From an uncultured Chloroflexia bacterium (GTDB lineage Bacteria > Chloroflexota > Limnocylindria > Limnocylindrales > CSP1-4), in contig CAWHDR010000001.1 in the NCBI GenBank assembly GCA_963828165.1, positions 1,408,001-1,472,000 on the forward strand: a stretch of DNA of 64,000 bases, in the 5' to 3' direction. The translations under genes were made by a program, and so were the position numbers. The notes under the pieces were generated by a model that saw only the letters and a list, made by a program, of their open reading frames with translations, was not told the DNA's origin and did not search any database. Shown piece by piece: positions 56,116 to 64,000 of the stretch. Each line of letters opens with the position of its first letter. The first letter of the stretch is position 1.

Positions 56116-57954
56116 GTGTTCGGCACGCATCCCAGGTTGTCGAGACCGACGCTGCTCATCCTCGTCTTCGGCGCGTTCATCGCACTGGTCGGAATCACGG
56201 CCGCGGCGCAGGCCTACATGGTCGGGGCGCACTTCTCGGCCGCGACCCTCAACGACGTGGTCAGCAGCGATGCGGCCACGACGCGGGCCTTCGTCAACGC
56301 CTACGTCCAACCGGCGGATCTCGCGAAGGACACCGCGATCCCCGACCCCGGCACGGCTCCCACCAAGCTCGAAGGACAGCTCGCGACCCTGACGCGCCCG
56401 CACGAGATCCTGCGGGTCGAGCTCCGTCGGACGGACGGCACGATCGTGGCGGCGAACGACCCGTCGATCCGCGGCACGATCGTCCCGGTCGATGGTGAAT
56501 TCGCGCTGGCCGCAGGCGGAACTCCCAGGGCGGAGATCCTCCCGGCCGAAACGGCTGGGGCCGGGCCCGGTGGACTCGGCACGCCGATCCTCCTGCGCGA
56601 GTACCTGCCGATCAGCGTCGAGGGCGAGGTGCTGGGCGTCGTCGCGATCTGGCGCGATGCGGTCCCGGTCCTCGATCGCCTCGCGCTCGTTCGTCGAGAC
56701 GTCGTGCTCGTCACGCTGTCTGCCGCGCTGATCGCTGCGGCGCTCCTCTTCCTGATCTTCCGCGCCGCCCAACGGCGCCTGACGCGACAGACCGCAGAGC
56801 TGATGGAGTCGACCAGGCGCGATCCCCTCACGGGGACGCTCAACCACGGCGCGGTGGTCGGTCACCTCGCGATGGAGACCGAGGCGGCACGCGCGGCGGG
56901 TGTGCCCGTGACGGTCGCGCTCATCGACATCGACAACTTCCGATTGCTCAACGAGAACCACGGACATCCGGCAGGGGATCAGGCCCTGCTGGCCGTCGCC
57001 GGGCTGCTTCTGGGCGAGGTGGTCGAGCCCATGGTCCTGGGCCGCTCCGGCCCGGACGAGTTCCTGATCATCGCGCCGCCAGCCGTCGCGTTCGAGCTGG
57101 AGCCACTCGTGACCCGTCTCCAGACTGGCCTCGTCGACCTCAGCCTGCAGTTCGAGACGACCGAGCGGCTGCCGATCACGGTCAGCGTCGGGATCGCGAC
57201 CTACCCTGAGCATGCCGCCTCCGCGACCGCCCTCCTGTCGACGGCGACGATGGTTCTCGAGGAGGCCAAGGCCAGCGGCGGTGACACGGTGCGCCTGGCG
57301 AGCAGTGCCTCGATGGAGGAGTCGTCTGCCGCCTCGACGTTCAACGTGCTCGAGGGCCTGATCCTCGCGGTCGACACGAAGGACCGCTACACGAAGCGCC
57401 ACTCCGAGGATGTGGCGCGCTACGCGATGTTCCTCGCCGCGCGCCTGGGGCTCGACGCCGACGAGATGCGGGTCATCCAGACGGCGGGTCTGCTCCACGA
57501 CGTCGGCAAGATCGGAATCCCGGATCAGATCCTGCGCAAGCCCGGCAAGCTCACCGAGGTGGAGTTCGACATCGTCAAGCAGCACGTGGCGCTCGGCGAC
57601 ATGATCGTGCGCGACCTCCCGGACCTCGACCAGGTCCGCGCCGGCATCCGCCACCACCACGAGCGGTGGGACGGCGACGGCTACCTCGAACGACTCGCGG
57701 GCGAGGACATCCCGCAGATCGCGCGCATCCTGGCCGTCGCCGACACCTTCTCGGCCATGACGACGACCCGGCCTTATCGAAAGGCGCTCGACGTGCGTGA
57801 GGCCCTGACCCGACTGGGCGATGCAGCCGGGTCCCAGCTCGAGGAGCGACTCGTCGTCGCGTTCGTGGAGGGCATGGAGACCGCGGCCGACGCCCCGATC
57901 CCGGGCACCGAGGCCCCGGGCACGCTCTGGACCCCGGGGCGGCTCGTCGCGTGA
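56116..57954 (+). CDS. Membrane-bound GGDEF plus HD-GYP c-di-GMP metabolism protein
   Basis: Two TMs; DPLTG, DIDNF..NE.HGH..GD, GPDEF; HS..VA, LHDVGKIG, HHERWDGDGY. Confidence 0.92.
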   Translation: MFGTHPRLSRPTLLILVFGAFIALVGITAAAQAYMVGAHFSAATLNDVVSSDAATTRAFVNAYVQPADLAKDTAIPDPGTAPTKLEGQLATLTRPHEILRVELRRTDGTIVAANDPSIRGTIVPVDGEFALAAGGTPRAEILPAETAGAGPGGLGTPILLREYLPISVEGEVLGVVAIWRDAVPVLDRLALVRRDVVLVTLSAALIAAALLFLIFRAAQRRLTRQTAELMESTRRDPLTGTLNHGAVVGHLAMETEAARAAGVPVTVALIDIDNFRLLNENHGHPAGDQALLAVAGLLLGEVVEPMVLGRSGPDEFLIIAPPAVAFELEPLVTRLQTGLVDLSLQFETTERLPITVSVGIATYPEHAASATALLSTATMVLEEAKASGGDTVRLASSASMEESSAASTFNVLEGLILAVDTKDRYTKRHSEDVARYAMFLAARLGLDADEMRVIQTAGLLHDVGKIGIPDQILRKPGKLTEVEFDIVKQHVALGDMIVRDLPDLDQVRAGIRHHHERWDGDGYLERLAGEDIPQIARILAVADTFSAMTTTRPYRKALDVREALTRLGDAAGSQLEERLVVAFVEGMETAADAPIPGTEAPGTLWTPGRLVA

Positions 57955-59294
57955 TGAGGCTGCAGCGGCTGATCGCGCTGCTTGCGGTCATGCTGATCGT
58001 GGCGGCTTTGACGGCGCCCGTCGCCACGGCCGCACTGCTGGTGACGGCCCGCGATGATGCCTACACGGCCGTCCACTCTCGGCCGTTGGTCGTGAGCGCC
58101 GCCAACGGCGTCCTCGACAACGACTCCGGGGTCGGCATCACCGCAGCGCGCCTCACGAATCCCGCACACGGGACCGTGACCGTCAACAGCAACGGCGGCT
58201 TCACCTACCGGCCTGATGCGGGCTACGTCGGCGCCGATTCGTTCACGTACGAAGCTCGCGTGCTGAGCCTGGGCATCCTCCTCACGGATGCAGCCGTCGT
58301 CAGGTTGACGGTCACGAACGCCGCACCGTCCGCGGCCAACAACTCGTACAACGCCACGACCGGCGTCCAGCTCTCGGTCCCGGCCTCGGGTGTCCTGGGC
58401 AACGACTCGGACCCCGACGGGGACAGCCTGACCGCCACGCTCGTCGATGGCGGGGGCAATGGATCCCTGGATCTCAACGCGAACGGCAGCTTCACGTTCA
58501 AGTCGGGTGGGTCGTTCACCGGGAGCCGGACCTTCACGTATCGGGCCTCCGACGGGATCGCGAATTCGAACACCGCCACGGTCACGATCAACGTATCCGC
58601 GCCTGCACCGACCCCGGCTCCAACGCCGACGCCCGCACCGACCCCGACGCCGACCGCGGCGCCCACGGCGGCCCCGACCGCGTCGCCCACCGCGACGCCG
58701 CGGCCGACGCCGACCCCGACGCCTCGGCCGACGGCCACGCCGATCATCCCGCTCCCGACCCTGCCGCCGCTATTCCCGACACCGACGCCCCGGGTGACGC
58801 CGGCACCGACCCCACGAGCCACCGTGACCCCGGGCGCCACCCCCACGGCGACACCGACGCCCAGCGCCGGGGCGACGGCGAGTCCGACACCCACGCCGTC
58901 GCCGACCGCCGGCGTGGCGACGACGGCGCCCCCGGGATCGGGAGCGAGCCCCACACCCTCGCCCGCCGGCGCTGCCACCGATGCGCCCGGCACAGGCGCG
59001 GGCACCGTCGGCGGTAACGGTGACGGTGATGGCGGTACCGGCCTCGGCGCGGCACCTGGCGACCGCTTCCTGCTTCCGACGTTCGACCAACCGGGGATCG
59101 ACGCGATCATCGACGGCTCGTTCAGTGGCTTCGGCAATATCGAATGGGCCGTCCCGGCATTCGCCCTGGGCATGCCCGGACTGCTCCTGATGGTCGCAGT
59201 CGGGCTCCAGGCGATCGTCGGGGTCGCGTGGCTACCCTTCGTCCGGCGCTGGCTGGGCGGCTTCGGGGTACGCCGGCGCCAGCAGTCCGCGTAG
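57951..59294 (+). CDS. Secreted adhesin-like protein: two bacterial Ig/cadherin-like domains, PT-rich stalk, C-terminal TM
   Basis: GVLDND...HGTVTVNSNGGFTYRP..GYVGADSFTY; GVLGNDSDPDGD.L; PT repeats; EWAVP...WLPFVRRWL tail. Confidence 0.85.
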   Translation: MMRLQRLIALLAVMLIVAALTAPVATAALLVTARDDAYTAVHSRPLVVSAANGVLDNDSGVGITAARLTNPAHGTVTVNSNGGFTYRPDAGYVGADSFTYEARVLSLGILLTDAAVVRLTVTNAAPSAANNSYNATTGVQLSVPASGVLGNDSDPDGDSLTATLVDGGGNGSLDLNANGSFTFKSGGSFTGSRTFTYRASDGIANSNTATVTINVSAPAPTPAPTPTPAPTPTPTAAPTAAPTASPTATPRPTPTPTPRPTATPIIPLPTLPPLFPTPTPRVTPAPTPRATVTPGATPTATPTPSAGATASPTPTPSPTAGVATTAPPGSGASPTPSPAGAATDAPGTGAGTVGGNGDGDGGTGLGAAPGDRFLLPTFDQPGIDAIIDGSFSGFGNIEWAVPAFALGMPGLLLMVAVGLQAIVGVAWLPFVRRWLGGFGVRRRQQSA

Positions 59295-59316
59295 CGCCGA
59301 ACGCCGGCGCGCTTCG

Positions 59317-60783
59317 TCAGCTCGCGGGTTTCTTCTTGCGCGGCGCACGTTCCAGCTGTCCGGCCCGGTCGGGCCATTCGAAACCCGCCCAGGGGTCGTA
59401 ATCCGGATCGAGCGCCTCCTGGGCGGGTCGGTCGTCATCAGCGACGTGGGTGAGGTTGACCCGGACGCGGTACCACAGCGACGAGCGGCCGCGCATGCCA
59501 TCGACCAGTATGTCGGCGGGCTCGAGGGCGTCCGCAGCCTTCGGATGACGCGCTTTCCAGCGCTCCAGCCCTTCGAGCGCCTCCGCCTTGGACGCAGCAC
59601 GCGAGATCTCGATGACCGGGATGTTGGTCTTCCGCCGGCCCGTCGGCGTCGGGCGTGTGCCTTCCCACTCGGTCGGCAGGCCGGCGTTCGGGTCGCCGGC
59701 CGCAACGGCAGCCGCCCGTGCCGCAGCAACCTCCGGCGGGGGACCGCCGGACTCGCCCCGACCCTTCTCGTACTCCGAGTCCGGCCGGCGCTTCCGTGAC
59801 GGCTGGACCCGTGGTGGCTCACCGGCCTGCTTCGCGTAGTTCGGCGGCCACGGGGCGTCACCCTCCCCTTCGGCCTCGTGCTTGCGGGACAGCTCCAGGA
59901 GCGCGGCGAGGGACCCGACCGCATCGTCGATGCCGGCCCCCGGGTCACCGATCTGCGCGAATCGCGCTGGCACGGTCGCGATCGTGAACGCCTCGGCCTC
60001 GACGGTCGGCACCTCGTCCCAGGTCAGTGGCGTCGAGACGCGGGCGTCCGGAAGTGGCCGGACGGAGTACGCCGACGCCACGGTGCGGTCCTTGGCGTTC
60101 TGGTTGTAGTCCAGGAACACCCCGTGGCGTTCCTCTTTCCACCACTTCGAGGTCGCGGCATCGGGCACGCGACGCTCCACGTCCCGTGCGAGCGCCAGGG
60201 CGGCGCGCCGGACCTCCGGGTAGGTCCATTCGCGGGCGATCCGGACGTTGATGTGGATCCCGCGGGAACCGGAGGTCTTGGGCCAGCCGACGAGCCCCAC
60301 GGCTTCCAGCGCCTCGCGGCACGCCAGGGCGACCTCGCGGATCTGCGGCCACTCGACCCCCGGGACGGGGTCCAGGTCGACCCGTAGCTCGTCGGGATGG
60401 TCAAGGTCGTCGGCGCGGACGGGATGCGGGTTCAGGTCGATGCAGCCCAGGTTGACGATCCAGGCCAGCGCGGCGGCTTCGTCGACCACGATCTCATCGG
60501 CGGTTCGGCCCGAGGGGAAGGTCAGCTCGGCGGTGCGGATCCAGTCCGGGGTGTTGTCCGGAGCTCGTTTCTGAAAGAACGGTTCCTTCGTGATGCCGTC
60601 CACGAAGCGCTTCAGCGCCATCGGCCGGCCGCGAATGCCCATCAGCGCCCCGTCCGCGACCGCAAGGTAGTAGTGGACGAGGTCGAGCTTCGTGTATCCG
60701 GCGTCCGGGAAGTACACCTTTTGCGGGTTGGAGATCGAGACCTCGCGCCCATCGACCTCGAGGATCTCCTTCGGCGTCGCCAT
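59317..60783 (-). CDS. Stand-alone LigD-type primase-polymerase (Prim-PolC/PolD-like) with C-terminal extension
   Basis: SNPQKVYFP, TKLDLV.YY, FFQKRAP, PDELRVDLDP, PKTSGSRGIH, FLDYNQN, SAYSVRP, VSTPL.W. Confidence 0.93.
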   Translation of the reverse strand: MATPKEILEVDGREVSISNPQKVYFPDAGYTKLDLVHYYLAVADGALMGIRGRPMALKRFVDGITKEPFFQKRAPDNTPDWIRTAELTFPSGRTADEIVVDEAAALAWIVNLGCIDLNPHPVRADDLDHPDELRVDLDPVPGVEWPQIREVALACREALEAVGLVGWPKTSGSRGIHINVRIAREWTYPEVRRAALALARDVERRVPDAATSKWWKEERHGVFLDYNQNAKDRTVASAYSVRPLPDARVSTPLTWDEVPTVEAEAFTIATVPARFAQIGDPGAGIDDAVGSLAALLELSRKHEAEGEGDAPWPPNYAKQAGEPPRVQPSRKRRPDSEYEKGRGESGGPPPEVAAARAAAVAAGDPNAGLPTEWEGTRPTPTGRRKTNIPVIEISRAASKAEALEGLERWKARHPKAADALEPADILVDGMRGRSSLWYRVRVNLTHVADDDRPAQEALDPDYDPWAGFEWPDRAGQLERAPRKKKPAS

Positions 60784-60857
60784 GCCCGAAAGCGTACGCC
60801 GCGACCGCCAGACGCGGTGCGAGGTGACGGCGCGGGGTAGATTGGGCGAACGACGCC

Positions 60858-60883
60858 GTCGATTTCGACCGCGGCCGTTCGTC
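60858..60883 (+). promoter_or_regulatory. Probable ECF promoter of the yciI-sigma operon
   Basis: GTCGA(TTT)...TTCGTC upstream of yciI; resembles, from memory, the autoregulatory motif of YciI-linked ECFs. Confidence 0.5.
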
Positions 60884-60936
60884 GTGCTGGTGAAGGCGGC
60901 GCTATGACGCCGCCAGAGCCAGCGCTGGAGGACACG

Positions 60937-61326
60937 ATGCAGTACGCCCTGTTGATCTATACCGAGGAACCAGCCGAAGCTCCACCGGACGATGAGGCCA
61001 TGGCCCAGATGGAGGCCTACAACGCGTTCGGTCAACACATCACCGATCGCGGCGCAATGAAGGGCGGGGAAGCGCTCGCACCAACGGCGACGGCGACGAC
61101 CGTCCGCGTCCGCGACGGCAAGACGATCTCCACGGACGGCCCGTTCGCCGAGACCAAGGAGGTCCTCGGCGGGTTCTACCTCGTGGAAGCGGCCGATCTC
61201 GACGAAGCGATCGGCTACGCCGCGATGATCCCGGGCGCGAAGTACGGCTCGGTGGAGGTGCGTCCGGTCTGGGACTTCACCAACGCACCGTCGGGGGCCC
61301 TTGCCGAAGCGGTCGTCGCCGACTGA
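60937..61326 (+). CDS. YciI family protein
   Basis: GGAGG SD; MQYALLIY, TATTVR, TDGPFAETKEVLGGFY, VEVRP. Confidence 0.93.
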   Translation: MQYALLIYTEEPAEAPPDDEAMAQMEAYNAFGQHITDRGAMKGGEALAPTATATTVRVRDGKTISTDGPFAETKEVLGGFYLVEAADLDEAIGYAAMIPGAKYGSVEVRPVWDFTNAPSGALAEAVVAD

Positions 61327-62641
61327 CGCCGACTGCCGCCACCAGCGAGGTCGTCGACCGCCTGTTCCGCGAGGAATCGGGCCGCGCGGTCGCGACGCTC
61401 ATCCGCGTCCTCGGCGACTTCGATCTCGCCGAGGAAGCCGTCCAGGAGGCGTTCGTCACGGCGCTCGAGGTGTGGCCGTCCCGCGGCATACCGGACAACC
61501 CGGGCGCCTGGATCACGACGACCGCACGCAACCGGGCGATCGACCGATTGCGCCGCCGGAGGCGGCTTCGGGACAAGACCGACGAGCTCACGCGCGAGGC
61601 CGCCATCGAAGCGGACCTGGCCGCGATCGAGCCCGAAGCTGGCGGCGCTGGGGCGGCGGACGACGACATGGACGACCGACTGCGCCTGATCTTCACCTGC
61701 TGCCATCCGGCTTTGCCGATGGACGGCCGCATCGCGCTCACGCTCCGGACGCTCGGCGGCCTGACGACACCGGAGATCGCCCGAGCCTTCCTCGTCCCGG
61801 AAGCGACGCTCGCCCAGCGGCTCGTCCGGGCCAAGCGCAAGATCCACGATGCCGGCATCCCGTACCGCGTACCGCCACGTGACCTGCTGCCCGAGCGTCT
61901 CGACGGTGTCCTCAAGGTTCTCTACCTGGTCTACAACGAGGGCTACGCGGCCTCATCTGGCGACGCCCTGATCCGGCGCGAGCTGAGTGCCGAGGCGATC
62001 CGGCTGACACGGACGGTGGTCTCGCTGCTCCCCGACGAGCCGGAGGCCGCCGGGTTGCTGGCACTGATGCTGCTCCACGACGCACGGCGGGATGCGCGGG
62101 TGGGACCCGACGGCGAGCTCGTCCTGCTCGAGGACCAGGACCGGTCTCGCTGGGACCAGGCCGCGATCGCAGAGGGCAGGACGCTCGTCCAGGCGGTCCT
62201 GCCGACCCGTCGCGTCGGGCCGTACCAGCTGCAGGCCGCCATCGCCGCCCTCCACGATGAGGCGCCCGATGCCGCCGCGACGGACTGGGCCCAGATCGCC
62301 ACGCTATATCAGCCCTGGTCGACCTCGATCCCACGCCGGTGGTCCGCCTCAACCATGCAGTGGCCGTCGCGTTCGCCGACGGTCCGGCGGTCGGTCTGGC
62401 GATGATGGACGGACTCGCCGATGAGGGTGCGCTCGCGAACTACCCGTACCTGTATGCGGCGCGCGCCGACCTGCTGCGACGACTCGGGCGCGGTTCCGAG
62501 GCCGCCTCGGCGTACCGGCACGCCCTGGAGCTCACCTCGAACCGCCCGGAGCGCGCCTTCCTGGAACGTCGACTCCGGGAAGTCGGACGGGAAGGCGAGG
62601 CGGCGGCCGGCCAAAGACGGTCGGGCCTGCGCCCTTCCTGA
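61323..62641 (+). CDS. ECF sigma factor with DUF6596/TPR extension; non-canonical start and a 1-nt deletion near 62312
   Basis: FREESGRAVATLIR..GDFDLAEEAVQEAF, DDRLRLIFTCCHPAL, GPYQLQAAIAALH, TDW.QI..LY; continues in another frame as VVRLNHAVAVA...ERAFL. Confidence 0.9.
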
Positions 62642-62650
62642 CGCGGCGCG

Positions 62651-63451
62651 GTGACCGCATCGCCCCCGGCGAGGGTAGGCTTGGCCGTGCCCGCCCGTCG
62701 TGCAAGGGAGATCGTCATCCTCCGCGGCCTCAAACGACTCCTCCGGCCGCTACGACCCATCCTCGTGCCGATCTGGCGCTCATTGCGCGGCCTCGTCGCG
62801 GCGGCGTCGGCGGCTGTCGCGCGCGCCCGAGCCCTGCACTCGCGACCGGGCTCCATCACGCCGGGGCCAGCGGGCGGGATCCGGGCGATGACCAAGCCCG
62901 AGTTCGAGGCGATGGTGGCCAGGTTCCCGTACTACAAGAACCGCTGGGGCTACATGTCGGCGGCGCTCTCGCAGGCGACGGTGTTGATCGGGCGACATGG
63001 ACTTCGAACGGCGCTCGAGCTCGGAGCGCCGGTCCTGCCGATCATCGTCGGGGCCGACGTCATGGACAAGAAGGCCCGCCCGGAGCTCGATCCGAGCGTG
63101 TCGATCCGGGTCTTCGATGCGACGGAGGTCCCCTGGCCGGTCGATGACAAGGCCTACGACCTGTTCATGGCGCTCCAGGTCTTCGAGCACCTGACGGATC
63201 GGCAGCGCGAGGCCTTCCTCGAAGTCCGCCGGATCGCGCGCCACGCCATCATCTCGCTGCCGATCGATTGGGTCATGGAGGATCCGCGCAACTGCCACCA
63301 CCAGATCTCGAACGAGCGGGTGCTGTCGTGGTTCGCCCCGATCGTGCCGACCCGGATCATCCAGGGGACGGGCGGGCATCGTCGCCGCCTGATCTATGTG
63401 TTCGAGGATCTGCCCGCCCCGCCTGAAGCCCGCCAGCTGCTCAGGGCCTGA
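62651..63451 (+). CDS. Methyltransferase-fold-like hypothetical protein (start uncertain)
   Basis: ALELGA, WPVDDKAYDLFMALQVFEHL motifs. Confidence 0.6.
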   Translation: MTASPPARVGLAVPARRAREIVILRGLKRLLRPLRPILVPIWRSLRGLVAAASAAVARARALHSRPGSITPGPAGGIRAMTKPEFEAMVARFPYYKNRWGYMSAALSQATVLIGRHGLRTALELGAPVLPIIVGADVMDKKARPELDPSVSIRVFDATEVPWPVDDKAYDLFMALQVFEHLTDRQREAFLEVRRIARHAIISLPIDWVMEDPRNCHHQISNERVLSWFAPIVPTRIIQGTGGHRRRLIYVFEDLPAPPEARQLLRA

Positions 63452-64000
63452 GCCGGAGCACCCGCACCGTCTTGGTCGTGACGTCCTCCAAATCCTCGAT
63501 CGTCGGCACCTCGTAGCGGGCGAGCTCGTCGAGGCCGTCGACCGGCAGGTGGGCTCGGCCGGGATCGCCGGTCAGGACGTCGGCGCCGCGCGCGGCCAGT
63601 TCGCGCAGCCACGGCGCCATGCGCGCGGCGAGCTCGGGCTCGTACCAGAGGTCGCCGACGAGCACGACGTGCCAGCCGGCGTCGGTGCCGATCGGATCGG
63701 CCTCCTCGAGGTCCAGGGTCACGCCGTTGGCGCTCGCGTTCAACCGGCTGGCCTCGATGGCGAAGACCTCGAGGTCGATGGCGGTGACGCTCGCGGCTCC
63801 CGCCATGGCCGCAGCGATGGCCACGATCCCGCCGCCGCAGCCGATGTCAGCGACGCGCCGTCCACGGACCAGCTCGGGGTGGTCCAGCACATGTCGCGCG
63901 AGTGCCTGCCCACCGGCCCACGCCCACGCCCAGTACGGCGGTGGCACCGCCGGGCGCGCGTCCGTCAGTGCAGCGGCCTCCCACAGCGGCATCGAGAGGC
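63441..64000 (-). CDS. Protein methyltransferase (nicotinamide N-methylase/Methyltransf_16-like), 5' partial
   Basis: PPPYWAWAWAGGQALAR, DIGCGGG, GDLWY, GDPGR. Confidence 0.9.
   Translation of the reverse strand, partial: LSMPLWEAAALTDARPAVPPPYWAWAWAGGQALARHVLDHPELVRGRRVADIGCGGGIVAIAAAMAGAASVTAIDLEVFAIEASRLNASANGVTLDLEEADPIGTDAGWHVVLVGDLWYEPELAARMAPWLRELAARGADVLTGDPGRAHLPVDGLDELARYEVPTIEDLEDVTTKTVRVLRLRP

Noticed and set aside
18060-62345. Programmed ribosomal frameshifting as the cause of the split genes
   Set aside because: No slippery heptamers or stimulatory structures at the sites; scattered single-base indels in unrelated genes fit sequencing error better

Overview
High-GC bacterial chromosomal window of mostly housekeeping and envelope genes. 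Gene content and style suggest Chloroflexota of the Limnocylindria/Ellin6529 type (inference only). It contains the 3' end of hutI, argS, three tandem cell-surface protein genes (two PTEA-repeat proteins and a 1863-aa DUF11-repeat adhesin), and a tdh-kbl-PHP-ECF sigma/anti-sigma-MBL hydrolase operon. It also has a small lower-GC two-gene islet, a LacI-regulated maltodextrin ABC/GH13 locus, tRNA-Glu, lepB, galU, a PASTA kinase, folC-folP-folB, an OmpR-type two-component system with htrA, rplY, ligC and a LigD-type polymerase flanking a GGDEF/HD-GYP plus Ig-adhesin pair, and a YciI/ECF pair. No IS, prophage or CRISPR was seen. Most notable: (1) all three tandem surface proteins end in the same tripartite C-terminal signal, TLPPTD[T/S]L-spacer-TM-TP-basic tail, and share upstream DNA motifs (GGTACTA 125-134 nt before ATG; GGGGACC before the start), a candidate undescribed sorting system and regulon; (2) an unannotated ~75-80 nt structured minus-strand sRNA candidate at ~911-991 with an exposed anti-Shine-Dalgarno tract; (3) pervasive leaderless-type promoters; (4) several single-base frameshifts that are probably assembly errors.
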